Assembly: GCA_036728705.1 (NCBI GenBank)
Contig: DAIMTK010000010.1
Location: forward strand, 3,541 to 67,540
Origin: Kosmotogaceae bacterium
GTDB lineage: Bacteria > Thermotogota > Thermotogae > Petrotogales > Kosmotogaceae
Length of the DNA stretch: 64,000 nucleotides
Reading direction: 5' to 3'
Both the position numbers and the translations under genes were made by a program. Below are positions 20,500 to 29,895 of the stretch, in pieces. Under the pieces are notes generated by a model that was not told the origin of the DNA, searched no databases, and saw nothing but the letters and a program-made list of their open reading frames with translations. The number at the start of each line of letters is the position of its first letter. Position 1 is the first letter of the stretch.

Positions 20500-21468
20500 A
20501 TGAGGATTGGCATTGTCTTTAACCCGGCCGCAGGGAGAAGAGAGCGGTTCAAAGCAATCGCTCTGAAGCTGTTAGAAAGGTGTCAAGAAGCTTCCCTGAT
20601 AACTGGCGGCTTAGACTATGGAGAGAACTGGTTCGACCATGGAGACTCTCTCGAAATCATTGAGATTCACGGTCTGGACTTTTCCGAGAGGCTTAAATCA
20701 TGTCTTGACGGATTTCTGTCCAGAAAAGTCGATCTCATCGTCGGTGTGGGTGGGGATGGATTTCTCGCCCACATCGGCGCTTTCATCATAGAAGGGCATT
20801 ACACGATTCCTTTACTGGGTATCTGCGGTGGCACTGCGAATGTTGGTCCCTTGCTTGGCTTCAATGAAGATACCCTGGAGAGACTAGACCTTGCTAACAT
20901 GAATTATGCTAAAGTCTCGGCTTTGGCTGTTGAGAGCGCCTGGAGAAGAACTTTCTACGCTTTCAACGATATAGTTATTGGTGACACGTTTCTTGGAACG
21001 ATCGAGGGAAAGATGACCAATCTGAGTGCTCGAGCCTTTGTGGAAGATGGGATTAAGCTTGAGAAGAAGCCTTCAGAAGAAATAACGACAGCCGATTTTG
21101 CGCTTCTCAAAAACGGTGTTTCTCAACCACTACCGTGTTTCAAGACCCTTCAAATAGTTGCTTCTCCTCTACTGGAAAGCCGTCATTATAACGGTAAGGC
21201 GATCACTGGGGCTCTCTGCTTGGCCCCGTTTTTTCCAGTCTGTGGAGCAGTATCTCTTCTGGACACGGTTATAATCGACTCGAAACTCGAGTCGCCACTA
21301 AAGGCGGTATCCATACAACAGCTGCTATTTGGAGAAAAAGATCATATAGCAATAAAGGGCCTCTCCTCATATCTTGTGGTCGATGGCAATGTCTGCTACT
21401 ATATAGGCGGAGAGATCTCGATTAGTTGCCTGCCAGAGGCGGTATCAACCGCAAGACTGCGAAATTGA
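20500..21468 (+). CDS. ATP-NAD kinase / diacylglycerol-kinase-like family protein
   Basis: GGDG motif (IVGVGGDGFLAH) followed by GICGGTANV. The N-terminal fold matches NAD-kinase/DAGK-type kinases. Confidence 0.6.
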   Translation: MRIGIVFNPAAGRRERFKAIALKLLERCQEASLITGGLDYGENWFDHGDSLEIIEIHGLDFSERLKSCLDGFLSRKVDLIVGVGGDGFLAHIGAFIIEGHYTIPLLGICGGTANVGPLLGFNEDTLERLDLANMNYAKVSALAVESAWRRTFYAFNDIVIGDTFLGTIEGKMTNLSARAFVEDGIKLEKKPSEEITTADFALLKNGVSQPLPCFKTLQIVASPLLESRHYNGKAITGALCLAPFFPVCGAVSLLDTVIIDSKLESPLKAVSIQQLLFGEKDHIAIKGLSSYLVVDGNVCYYIGGEISISCLPEAVSTARLRN

Positions 21469-21511
21469 TTCACGGTTGATTAATTAATGCTGAAAGGAGA
21501 AAGAGCCGCAA

Positions 21512-22501
21512 ATGCATAAATACCAAAGCGCGCTTGAAGCGCTCGCAGTTGGTGACGCACTTGGAATGCCGACTGAGTTCATGACTAGAGAGTATATCAA
21601 GCAGAACTTCGGGTTCGTAAGCTCGATTATCGATCCACAGTTCTCTTTGATTCACAAGAATTTGGCTAGAGCATCGATAACTGACGATACCGAACAGAAT
21701 CTCTACCTCATAGAGACCTACTGCGGTAGCGGCAAAATAACTATCGAGAACACTGTAGATGGGCTTCTGTCATGGATAAAAGAAAGCGGCGCAGACAGGA
21801 AAGGCTACATAGGTCCTAGTTCAATGAAGGCTCTAAAGGCCATAGAAGACGGGGAAGACCCTCTCAAGGCCGGACTAGGTGCAACTACCTGCGGTGCCCC
21901 TATGAGAGCGCCCGCCGCTGCGCTCTGCAGCATAAGTCGTTGTGGTATTGAACTTGCAGAGGACATCTACAGGTGTTCGGTACCGACGCACAACACCAGC
22001 TCCGCCATGGAAGCTGCTATGGCTATCGGTTTTGCCGTAAAGGCCGCTGTTGAGGGCGAAGGTATGAGAAACATACTTAAGGCAGCTTCGGAAGGGATGG
22101 GGTACGCTGCCGGGTTTGGAGTTCCCGAGTTTGCTGGTCCTTCAACTCTATGGCGGACTAGATACTTCACGCGTGCTCTATTCAGATGCAGCGACATCGA
22201 AGAGATCCTCGATACGCTCTACTTTGTCAACGGAACAGGTCTTCAGGCATACGAAGTAGTCCCTGCAGTCCTTACGATATTTAGCAAGGCGAAAGAGGAT
22301 GTCTGGCTGGCGATAAGAATGGGCGCTTCCGTAGGTGGCGATACAGACACAATAGCAGCCCTCGCGGGTCTTCTATCTACTCTATATGCCGGGGAACACA
22401 ATATCCCCCGGCAGATTGTAGAAGATGTGGTTATGACAAACAGACTCGATCTATCCCGCTATGCCAGCCTAATAACGAAAAGACAGCAGATGATTCCGTA
22501 A
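21512..22501 (+). CDS. ADP-ribosylglycohydrolase (ARH) family protein
   Basis: GDALGMPTEF, ITDDTEQ and GGDTDTIAALAG, the family's metal-binding motifs. Confidence 0.85.
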   Translation: MHKYQSALEALAVGDALGMPTEFMTREYIKQNFGFVSSIIDPQFSLIHKNLARASITDDTEQNLYLIETYCGSGKITIENTVDGLLSWIKESGADRKGYIGPSSMKALKAIEDGEDPLKAGLGATTCGAPMRAPAAALCSISRCGIELAEDIYRCSVPTHNTSSAMEAAMAIGFAVKAAVEGEGMRNILKAASEGMGYAAGFGVPEFAGPSTLWRTRYFTRALFRCSDIEEILDTLYFVNGTGLQAYEVVPAVLTIFSKAKEDVWLAIRMGASVGGDTDTIAALAGLLSTLYAGEHNIPRQIVEDVVMTNRLDLSRYASLITKRQQMIP

Positions 22502-23667
22502 TGAGCGGGGTTTTTCTGGGCAGTATTTCTATCGGCTTTGTCTTCTGCGTTGTGAACATGATACTGATACCGCTTCTGAACGGATACTTCTCTTCGGACG
22601 TTTCAGGACTTACTATCTCGGCCGGGATGCTTGTCGCAGCCATAGCAGGGCCCTTTATTGGAGTATGGAGTGACAGAATAGGGAGACGATTGCCTTTTAT
22701 TGGAGTTTTGATATGTATCGCCTTTACCGGTTCTCTTATGCTTGCCGGCCGAAACATTGCAGCGGTATTTGCCGGCGGCATTATGGTTGCCTTCTGTGCC
22801 TACAGTCTTCTGGGGCCTTATTCATCTTACGTCGCAGACAGCGATGTGTTTGAGAGAAATGACAGGAATTTTGGTCTGGTAATGGGAGTTGTCAATGTGT
22901 CTGGATTCGCCGCATCTCTTATAGTCAACAGGTTTCTTGACAGGGGCTTCAGTATAACGCTTCTCGTTCTCTCCGCAGGTATTGTCATACCCTTCTTTTT
23001 TCCTGTGCTTTCATCAATGAAAGCCAGAACAGAGAAACCCAGGGAGTATCCGCAAAGAATAAACACGGTCTCTATTGCTTCAATAATTACCAGGTTGGCA
23101 TTATTGCCCTTTTTTATAATGCAATTCTTCGCCTGGTTCTCTCTCGGAGGACTCTTCCCTTATGTTACTTCATTTCTCTCTTCTGAGACATCTATGAGTC
23201 TTCCCGCCGCGGCAGCATGGTTTGGGGCGTCCACTTTCCTTGCGGGAATAGTCTCCTTCTCTACGGGCATTTTTGTGAGGGTTCTCAATCAGAAGATGCT
23301 TCTATTATTGTCACTTTCCGTAATGGCTCTTCTGGGACTTATATACTTCTTACTGTACGAAACTTTGCTCAAATCGCCCGGAGCGGCTCTCATCGGAATC
23401 GTCACTTTTGTCTTCTCTTCTACTGCTCTTGGTTTCTTCTACTCTCTGAGTCCGGCAATTCTAAGTGGTTTAATAGCTCCTGATGAGCGTGGAACAATAT
23501 TCGGGCTAAACAGCACGTTCATGATAGTATCGCAGGCTATATCGGTTGGCGTGATGGGAAGAATAATATACAGTCTCGGTTATAGAACGATGATGCTTGT
23601 CTGTGCGGGAGGCTTTTTGATAGCGGCAGTATCTACAAGTATAATCGGAATAAACAGAGGAAAGTGA
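22501..23667 (+). CDS. MFS transporter
   Basis: About 12 TM helices and a GVWSDRIGRRLP loop. The start overlaps the ARH stop (TAATG). Confidence 0.8.
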   Translation: MSGVFLGSISIGFVFCVVNMILIPLLNGYFSSDVSGLTISAGMLVAAIAGPFIGVWSDRIGRRLPFIGVLICIAFTGSLMLAGRNIAAVFAGGIMVAFCAYSLLGPYSSYVADSDVFERNDRNFGLVMGVVNVSGFAASLIVNRFLDRGFSITLLVLSAGIVIPFFFPVLSSMKARTEKPREYPQRINTVSIASIITRLALLPFFIMQFFAWFSLGGLFPYVTSFLSSETSMSLPAAAAWFGASTFLAGIVSFSTGIFVRVLNQKMLLLLSLSVMALLGLIYFLLYETLLKSPGAALIGIVTFVFSSTALGFFYSLSPAILSGLIAPDERGTIFGLNSTFMIVSQAISVGVMGRIIYSLGYRTMMLVCAGGFLIAAVSTSIIGINRGK

Positions 23668-23679
23668 TCTAATTAACGT

Positions 23680-24150
23680 ATGAAAGTATTTGAGTTTCTG
23701 AGACCCGAAAGGAAAGACGGATATACAGTCCGGCTGAAGTCTCTTCGAAGGGAAATAGAGCTTCTCCGGAGTCAGATCGAACGGCTTAAAGATTGCGAGC
23801 CGGACGATGTTATGTTCTCATCGCTCTTCGATAGTGCTGTCATAAGAGGTTCCAAGTTGATTAGAAACAGCGGCTTTACCATGCATAGCTTTCGAGAGTA
23901 TGTCAGACAGTCACTTCCCAGAGCGTTCAGGAGAGACCTGTACAGGGTACTGGACGATTTCGAGAGGGAAGAAACCCTTCTCGGAGAACTGATCATGCGC
24001 CTGAAGAACTGCAGAGATAGAGTCATAGTACATATGGATCCGAGGTTTGCTTTCCATCCGGAAAGGGCACCGGAAAATGCAGTACAGGTTGGCGATCTAG
24101 AAGCAATATGCAATTATCTTGAACGGCATATAGATCTTTTCGACGAATAG
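23680..24150 (+). CDS. hypothetical protein
   Basis: 156-aa ORF 12 nt after the MFS gene. Charged and helical (LRREIELLRSQIERLKD). No family recognised. Confidence 0.45.
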   Translation: MKVFEFLRPERKDGYTVRLKSLRREIELLRSQIERLKDCEPDDVMFSSLFDSAVIRGSKLIRNSGFTMHSFREYVRQSLPRAFRRDLYRVLDDFEREETLLGELIMRLKNCRDRVIVHMDPRFAFHPERAPENAVQVGDLEAICNYLERHIDLFDE

Positions 24151-24326
24151 AGAGCGACCTTTTCTCGAAACTGTAAGGAATTGGCTAGTTATCTCAGAAG
24201 TAACACTTCGTCAGGATCGGCGGTATATCATTGATTCGCTTCAAGCGGAGATACCGGTAACCACATCGATAGAGACTTCGTGAAAAAACTTTATCGGGAC
24301 GTTTCAAGGATATTCTTCGGGAAAAG

Positions 24327-24352
24327 ACTGTCAGCTATGAGTAGCTGACAGT
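24327..24352 (+). promoter_or_regulatory. perfect 11-bp inverted repeat in front of the acetate-channel gene
   Basis: ACTGTCAGCTA-tgag-TAGCTGACAGT, ending 9 nt before the SD GGGAGG of the 24372 gene. Confidence 0.5.
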
Positions 24353-24371
24353 ATATTTGCGGGAGGTTCAA

Positions 24372-25055
24372 ATGGAAAGCGCGAAAGACACTAAGGTAAT
24401 AGGGCGGATTCAGGCTGCCGTGGCAAATCCTTCTCCGCTGGGTCTCTTTGGACTGGCAATGGTGACTCTTATTGCCTCGACGAACAAGCTCGGAATTACA
24501 AGCGGAACGGCCTATATCATTCCCTGGGCCTTGTTTCTCGGAGCAGCGGCTCAATTGATGGCCGGTATTCTCGATTACAAAGTGAAGAACAACTTCGGAG
24601 CAACTGCATTCTGCGGATACGGATTCTTCTGGCTTGCAGTCTCTATGACCTGGATGATCGGCAACGGAATGCTTTCGATTAACCCGGGTGTGGTTACCGA
24701 CATTTCACAACTTGGATTCGCCTTTCTTGGCTATTTCATATTTTCCATATATATGACTATTGGAGCGATGGGAACAAACAAGGCACTTTTCACGATCTTC
24801 GTGCTTATCGATGTGCTCTTCCTTGGTCTCTTCATAAGCACCTTGAATCCACAGCTTCTTTTCTGGAAGTATCTTGCGGGCTCCGCCGAACTCGGCATCT
24901 CATTCTTCTCTTTCTATGCCTCTGCCGCAAACGTTCTGAATTCACATTACGGATTATCGATATTACCTCTGGGAAAGCCGTTCGGTCCATGGGTAGAGAA
25001 AAGTATCCAGAAAATCGACTTGCAAGAAGAGTATCATCTGGATAAAGCAAGTTAA
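24372..25055 (+). CDS. satP: GPR1/FUN34/YaaH (SatP-type) acetate/succinate channel
   Basis: Family signature NPSPLGLFGLAM near the N-terminus and six TM helices. ATG at 24372 behind GGGAGG. Confidence 0.85.
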   Translation: MESAKDTKVIGRIQAAVANPSPLGLFGLAMVTLIASTNKLGITSGTAYIIPWALFLGAAAQLMAGILDYKVKNNFGATAFCGYGFFWLAVSMTWMIGNGMLSINPGVVTDISQLGFAFLGYFIFSIYMTIGAMGTNKALFTIFVLIDVLFLGLFISTLNPQLLFWKYLAGSAELGISFFSFYASAANVLNSHYGLSILPLGKPFGPWVEKSIQKIDLQEEYHLDKAS

Positions 25056-25559
25056 GGGAAAGCCGTCCTTGGAGAGCCTGAGGTCAGAGGCGAGAGCTTG
25101 AAGAGCAAAGACACGAGATAAAGAGAGAGAGGACGAGACGAAGAACCGGGTATGGGGTTTGGGGTATAGGGTTTGGTAAGAGAAGGAAGAGCGAAAGAGA
25201 CGTCCTCCGTTCGCCGTCCACCGAGAAGAGCATGAAAAGCTGAAAATCCGTCCTTCGTCCTTCGTCCAGGATCGTGGACCCGTCCTTGGAAAGAGCAGAA
25301 AAGCGGTGATTAGTGGCTTGTGAATAGTGGTTGGTGCAGAACTGGGTTTGGGGTCTAGAGTCTGGTAAGAACGAGATCCCGTATAGGACCATTACGGGAT
25401 GACATTTGTGGGCTCTTTCCCACAACTCTCCACTCTCCACCGATCTTTTGCCCGCGAAGCGGAACTGGCGCGACGCAGTCGTACTGACATCGCGAAGCGA
25501 TACTGGCCTGCGTAAGCAGACTGGCGATGCTCGCTCTTACCCACAACCCACTACAGTTC
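25056..25559. repeat. 0.5-kb non-coding tract with degenerate direct repeats
   Basis: CCGTCCTTGGA occurs at 25063 and 25280. A 27-nt unit GGGTTTGGGGTnTAGnGTnTGGTAAGA occurs at 25155 and 25344 (3 mismatches). CGCGAAGCGnnACTGGC occurs at 25453 and 25491, with a related copy at 25511. There is also a (CGTCCTT)2 tract. The only ORFs are low-complexity. Confidence 0.7.
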
Positions 25560-26474
25560 TTACAACCTGTCATGGGAGTGAGCTTTTATAAGTCGTCTAT
25601 CACTGCAAGCCGCTTCAATAGCCTTCATAGCGCTGGCTTCTTTGTCTTTTATCTCGAGCATCAGGTCAAAATCAAAGGATTCAGTTTCCCCTAGAAACCT
25701 GTTGAAGTCTTCAAGATTTATGGTTTCGGTATGTTTTCCCTTTCTTCCACCCGGTTCCTGACTGCTGTAGTCAACCATCGGCAAGCCATCGATATTGTCC
25801 CACGTCGAAGAAGCGATTTTAAGTGCTTCAGAAAGACTCTCACCGTTATTCAGAATCGAGTGGTGAAAGGAGTCAAGAAGAATCGGGACTCCAGCAATGG
25901 AATTCAGAGTCATACAATCTTGCAATGAATAAAGTCTTTCATCGTTTTCGATAACCAGTCTTCTCTTAACGCTCTGAGATAGATTATTGAATGACTCACA
26001 GAACCTTTGAAGAGCAGCCTGCTTGTTTTCGTAAACGCCGCCAACATGAATCTGTATCTTCGCAGTCAGGTCCAGTTCCATCAGATCGAGAAGCTTCGCG
26101 TGGTACTCGAGTTCACGAATGCTATTCTCTACTACATCATTTCTTGGGGAGTTAAGTAGTACGAACTGATCGGGATGCATTGAGACCCTCATAACTCCAG
26201 ATCTTATCTTCTCCCCCAGTTCTTGAAATCTTCCAGAGAAGATCGATTCCCAGTTAACCTTACAGATTTCATGTGAGGCAAAAGGTATTAGGTCGGATGT
26301 GATTCGAAAGAAGAGCATCCCTTTTTCGATGTTGAAGTCGATTATTCTCTCGAGGCATTGAAGATTGTCATGAACTGTCTTCAGAAACCTGTCTTCAGTA
26401 AATGAAGCAAGTCTAAAAGTCCTGGCTGACGAGCAGTCGAGAGTCCTGTTAATGCAAGGATATCCAATTCTCAT
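25560..26474 (-). CDS. uvdE: UV-damage endonuclease (UvdE/UvsE)
   Basis: MRIGYPCINRTL... N-terminus and TIM-barrel UVDE motifs (RITSDLIPFASH, RVSMHPDQF, IQIHVGG, LVIENDE). Start set at Met28 of the 331-aa ORF. Confidence 0.85.
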   Translation of the reverse strand: MRIGYPCINRTLDCSSARTFRLASFTEDRFLKTVHDNLQCLERIIDFNIEKGMLFFRITSDLIPFASHEICKVNWESIFSGRFQELGEKIRSGVMRVSMHPDQFVLLNSPRNDVVENSIRELEYHAKLLDLMELDLTAKIQIHVGGVYENKQAALQRFCESFNNLSQSVKRRLVIENDERLYSLQDCMTLNSIAGVPILLDSFHHSILNNGESLSEALKIASSTWDNIDGLPMVDYSSQEPGGRKGKHTETINLEDFNRFLGETESFDFDLMLEIKDKEASAMKAIEAACSDRRLIKAHSHDRL

Positions 26475-26545
26475 TATGTCCTCCCCTTTTATTCTACCTG
26501 ACATCGACAGGAAGATTGTATAATTATATCGACAGAATTTGAGAG

Positions 26546-27151
26546 GTGAGACCATTGAGGTTAAAAAAGCAGCAGTCTTTTCCCATATTCAGAGTAGTCT
26601 TGCTTGTGAGTATCGGTCTGGTGCTTCTACTTATGGTATCGAATCTATTGCTTATCAGAAGGGCAAACAGGCTTGAAGAGTCGATGCAGGCTCTGGAGAA
26701 AAGGCATTCGGCACTCGAGTTAGAGCTCAGCTCAATAACCGGAACTCAGAGAACTATGAAGGTCAGTCTTTATTACTATAACGAACTCCTCGACAGGGCC
26801 CTGAATAACGATGTTTCTTGCGATACCGCTGCAGTAATTCCAGTTGAGAGGACGATTGCCTATACGCAGTCGCCAATAAACGATGTTATTCGGCTTTTGA
26901 TAAGAGGAGAACTGACTAAGGCCGAAAAGGATCTAGGCTTCAAAACAGAGTTTCCCGGAAGAGAGCTGCTTTTCCAGGGGGCTCGTCTTGACAACGGAGT
27001 CCTGTATCTCAAGTTCTCCGATCCTTCAGGTTTCACAACGGGCGGATCTTGCAGGGTGAGTCTTCTCAAAGCTCAGATCGAGAAAACTGCCATGCAGTTC
27101 GAATCGGTAAAAAGAGTAGTCTTCGAGCCCGCGAATCTGTTTCAGCCATAG
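26546..27151 (+). CDS. membrane-anchored GerMN domain protein
   Basis: N-terminal TM helix, a coiled segment, then a GerMN-like pattern (VIPVERTI...SPINDVIRLLIRGEL...GVLYLKFSD...LKAQIEKTAMQFESVKRVVFEP). Confidence 0.6.
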   Translation: MRPLRLKKQQSFPIFRVVLLVSIGLVLLLMVSNLLLIRRANRLEESMQALEKRHSALELELSSITGTQRTMKVSLYYYNELLDRALNNDVSCDTAAVIPVERTIAYTQSPINDVIRLLIRGELTKAEKDLGFKTEFPGRELLFQGARLDNGVLYLKFSDPSGFTTGGSCRVSLLKAQIEKTAMQFESVKRVVFEPANLFQP

Positions 27152-27258
27152 AATCTGGCACCACTAATTCGCGCCTTCAGAGTGTGCTGTTCTGATTTAA
27201 CTCTGCAGTAATAGTGAGGCCAGTTGACTTTAACAGGAATCCATGTTAAAATATAGAA

Positions 27259-27294
27259 AGAGACGTCAGAATTTGGCGTCTCTCTTTACTTTTC
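27259..27294. terminator. bidirectional terminator between convergent genes
   Basis: AGAGACG / CGTCTCT stem with an 11-nt loop, A-rich upstream and T-rich downstream. Confidence 0.55.
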
Positions 27295-27322
27295 AATCGG
27301 TTTGCTTTCTCCGCTTTCGCTT

Positions 27323-27952
27323 TCAGAAGATTATAAGCAGCGCCGTTACTGCCACTATAACGCCAAGTCCTGCCAATCCATATTTTTCCCATCTTGCAAG
27401 TCCGGACATGTAGTGAAAGGATCTGATTTGCCTTATCCAGTTAGGTATCATCAGAATCTGACCAAATGTGAAACTCTCTCTGCGACCGAAGGTTATCCAG
27501 GCTCTGCCAGACTCTTTTGAGCTTATCAGTAGTCTGTATGTCCCGTCGTTTTCCATTAAGCTGTCATACCTTAAGTAAAGGTAAGAGTTCGTGTCACCGA
27601 AGAATTCGTACATTACCTCGGGTTCGGTCTGAGAAAAGTCAAATTTATCTCTTACTGATCCGTCTGGATTATATAGAGTCAACGATGGCCTGTAGTCATA
27701 TGTGGTCTCCATTTCCGGAACCCCGACGGGTACTCCAAATAGCATGTGGAGATCTTTACCGGGGATGCCACTAAAAGTGAACACGATAGTCTCATTCTCT
27801 CCAAATTCGTAGTAGAAGATCTGCGAAAGATCTATGTCTTCAACGAAGTAAGAGCCACTGGCGAAGTCCGCTTTCTCCAGAAACCCGGGAATGTGAGCTG
27901 ACAGGGTCACACCCAGAAAAAACACCATAGTAATAAGGAATAATCTTCTCAT
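27323..27952 (-). CDS. hypothetical exported protein with C-terminal membrane anchor
   Basis: Signal peptide MRRLFLITMVFFLGVTLSA|HIPGF. Beta-rich body. C-terminal TM helix YGLAGLGVIVAVTALLIIF. Confidence 0.6.
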   Translation of the reverse strand: MRRLFLITMVFFLGVTLSAHIPGFLEKADFASGSYFVEDIDLSQIFYYEFGENETIVFTFSGIPGKDLHMLFGVPVGVPEMETTYDYRPSLTLYNPDGSVRDKFDFSQTEPEVMYEFFGDTNSYLYLRYDSLMENDGTYRLLISSKESGRAWITFGRRESFTFGQILMIPNWIRQIRSFHYMSGLARWEKYGLAGLGVIVAVTALLIIF

Positions 27953-28078
27953 AGTACACCTCCTTATTTAGATTGTCTTCAAATAATTTTATCAACAACC
28001 CTGAAGGAGGCGTTCGACTTTTAAGAGTCGATTTGACTGAATTTGACTCTCACAGATAATACAGACCTGACATACAGG

Positions 28079-28561
28079 CTATGTTTTCTCCCTGGAGAAG
28101 ACTTTGATTTCAGCCCCGGTAGCTTTCAACAGATCATCTGGTGACAGCCAGATCTGAAGACCCCTTTTTCCGGCGCTCATAGAAATCTTCTCTTCCAGCA
28201 GCACTTTAGAATCAATAAGAATTTTGAAGCTTTTTTTCATGCCGATAGGCGACACTCCACCCCTAATATAACCGGTAAGCGACTGAAGCTGTTGGGCGGG
28301 GATGGTCTCGACTTTTCTGTTCCCCGTCTCGGCAGCGAGGACTTTGAGATCTATCTCTCTGTTTCCATTCAAACAGCAAACGAAGACTCCCGTTCTATCT
28401 CCTCTGACGACCAGTGTTTTTACAGTCTGATCAACAGTTATACTGAGCTGACGGGCAACGTGTTCGGCTCCGAGATCGTCGTCGTCAACGGCATATTCGA
28501 GGATTTCGTAAGGTATATCCAGCCTGTCCAGAATTCTTGTCGCATTCGTCTTTGCCAACAT
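28079..28561 (-). CDS. ybaK: Cys-tRNA(Pro)/Cys-tRNA(Cys) deacylase YbaK
   Basis: TNATRILDRLDIPYEILEY..., KTLVVRGDRTG and GGVSPIG, typical of YbaK/EbsC. Confidence 0.85.
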   Translation of the reverse strand: MLAKTNATRILDRLDIPYEILEYAVDDDDLGAEHVARQLSITVDQTVKTLVVRGDRTGVFVCCLNGNREIDLKVLAAETGNRKVETIPAQQLQSLTGYIRGGVSPIGMKKSFKILIDSKVLLEEKISMSAGKRGLQIWLSPDDLLKATGAEIKVFSREKT

Positions 28562-28592
28562 AGACTCCCTGAACCCGATACGGAAGCCTCCT

Positions 28593-29276
28593 CTAAAGAT
28601 CCATGAGTGGCACCGTGTCTGGAATTATCAGCTCTGCCCGGGTATTATTAACGACTTCTTCAACGGAGACACCCGGGGCCAGTTCCTTCAATAAAAGACC
28701 GTTTTCAGTGGGTTCTATGACTGCTAACTCTGTTACTATAAGATCGACAGGCCTTACCGATGTAAGGGGAAAGTCGCATTTCTCTACTATTTTAGGTGTT
28801 CCCTTTCCCGTGTGCGTCATCGCGACTATAACTCTCTTCGCGCCGGTAACGAGATCCATTGCTCCGCCCATTCCTGGGATCATCTTTCCAGGGATCATCC
28901 AGTTCGCCAGAAGACCTTTTTCATCAATCTGCAGCGCTCCCAGAACGGTAACATCCAGATGTCCGCCTCTGATAAATCCAAAGGACATCGCGCTATCAAA
29001 GGCCATAGCGCCCGGCAAAGCAGTTACATACATTCCTCCGGCATTGGTCATATCCTCGTTTTCCATTCCCTCTTGAGGAACGGGGCCCATGCCTATTATT
29101 CCATTTTCCGATTGGAAGAAAACGGCGACTCCCGAAGGTATATAGTTGGCAACCATTGTCGGAATACCAATTCCCAGATTCACGAGATCACCGCTCTTCA
29201 ACTCTCTGGCCACTCTTCTGGCAATTATCTCTCTAGCATCCACCGCTATTCCTCCCAACCAGTATATAGTCGACAA
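28593..29276 (-). CDS. 3-oxoacid/acetate CoA-transferase subunit B
   Basis: [25 protein letters not shown]... and SENG (catalytic Glu context). The annotated ATG overlaps subunit A by 44 nt, so an internal alternative start is possible. Confidence 0.9.
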   Translation of the reverse strand: MSTIYWLGGIAVDAREIIARRVARELKSGDLVNLGIGIPTMVANYIPSGVAVFFQSENGIIGMGPVPQEGMENEDMTNAGGMYVTALPGAMAFDSAMSFGFIRGGHLDVTVLGALQIDEKGLLANWMIPGKMIPGMGGAMDLVTGAKRVIVAMTHTGKGTPKIVEKCDFPLTSVRPVDLIVTELAVIEPTENGLLLKELAPGVSVEEVVNNTRAELIIPDTVPLMDL

Positions 29277-29895
29277 CGACTCCCGGTGTGTTAATCTCTT
29301 CGGGACCTATGGAGCCTACCGGAACGATCTCTTCCACTTCGGCAATCACACACTTCGCCGCCATTGCCATGAGTGGGTTGAAGTTTCTGGCAGTAAGGGC
29401 ATATGTGAGATTACCGTAGTAGTCAGCCTTCTTGGCCTTCACTATGGCAAAGTCCGCGCCCAATGGAAGCTCCAGAAGGAATCTCTTGTCGGCTACAGCA
29501 ACTATCTGTTTTCCCCGCTCGACAACTGTGCCCAGACCTGTTGGAGTCAGCACGCCGCCCAGTCCAACTCCTTTAGCCCTTACTCTTTCGGCCAGAGTTC
29601 CCTGAGGAACAAGCTCGACCTCAATCTCTCCAGAGATCATCTGTCTTTGAGTCTCGGGATTTGTCCCGATGTGTGAGGCTATAACTTTTCGCACGAGCTT
29701 GCTCACTATGAGCTTTCCGACTCCCTTTTCTGGAAAGGCGGTATCATTTGCTATGATAGTCAGCTCTCCCGTACCTGAAGATATGAGTATATCGATTATT
29801 CTGTCTGGAGAACCACATCCCAAAAAACCTCCGACCATTATTGAAGACCCGGAAGATATTAGTCCAGCCAGTTCGTCTTTATTGATGACTCTCAA
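29233..29895 (-). CDS. 3-oxoacid/acetate CoA-transferase subunit A
   Basis: [15 protein letters not shown]..., [14 protein letters not shown] and GGVLTPTG. Confidence 0.9.
   Translation of the reverse strand: MRVINKDELAGLISSGSSIMVGGFLGCGSPDRIIDILISSGTGELTIIANDTAFPEKGVGKLIVSKLVRKVIASHIGTNPETQRQMISGEIEVELVPQGTLAERVRAKGVGLGGVLTPTGLGTVVERGKQIVAVADKRFLLELPLGADFAIVKAKKADYYGNLTYALTARNFNPLMAMAAKCVIAEVEEIVPVGSIGPEEINTPGVVVDYILVGRNSGGC

Noticed and set aside
25056-25559. A possible CRISPR array or a protein-coding gene (ORFs 25084..25440 and 25355..25573 on the minus strand) in the repeat-rich spacer.
   Set aside because: - The repeats are degenerate, of different lengths and irregularly spaced, and no cas genes are nearby.
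- The ORF products are low-complexity with no start context.
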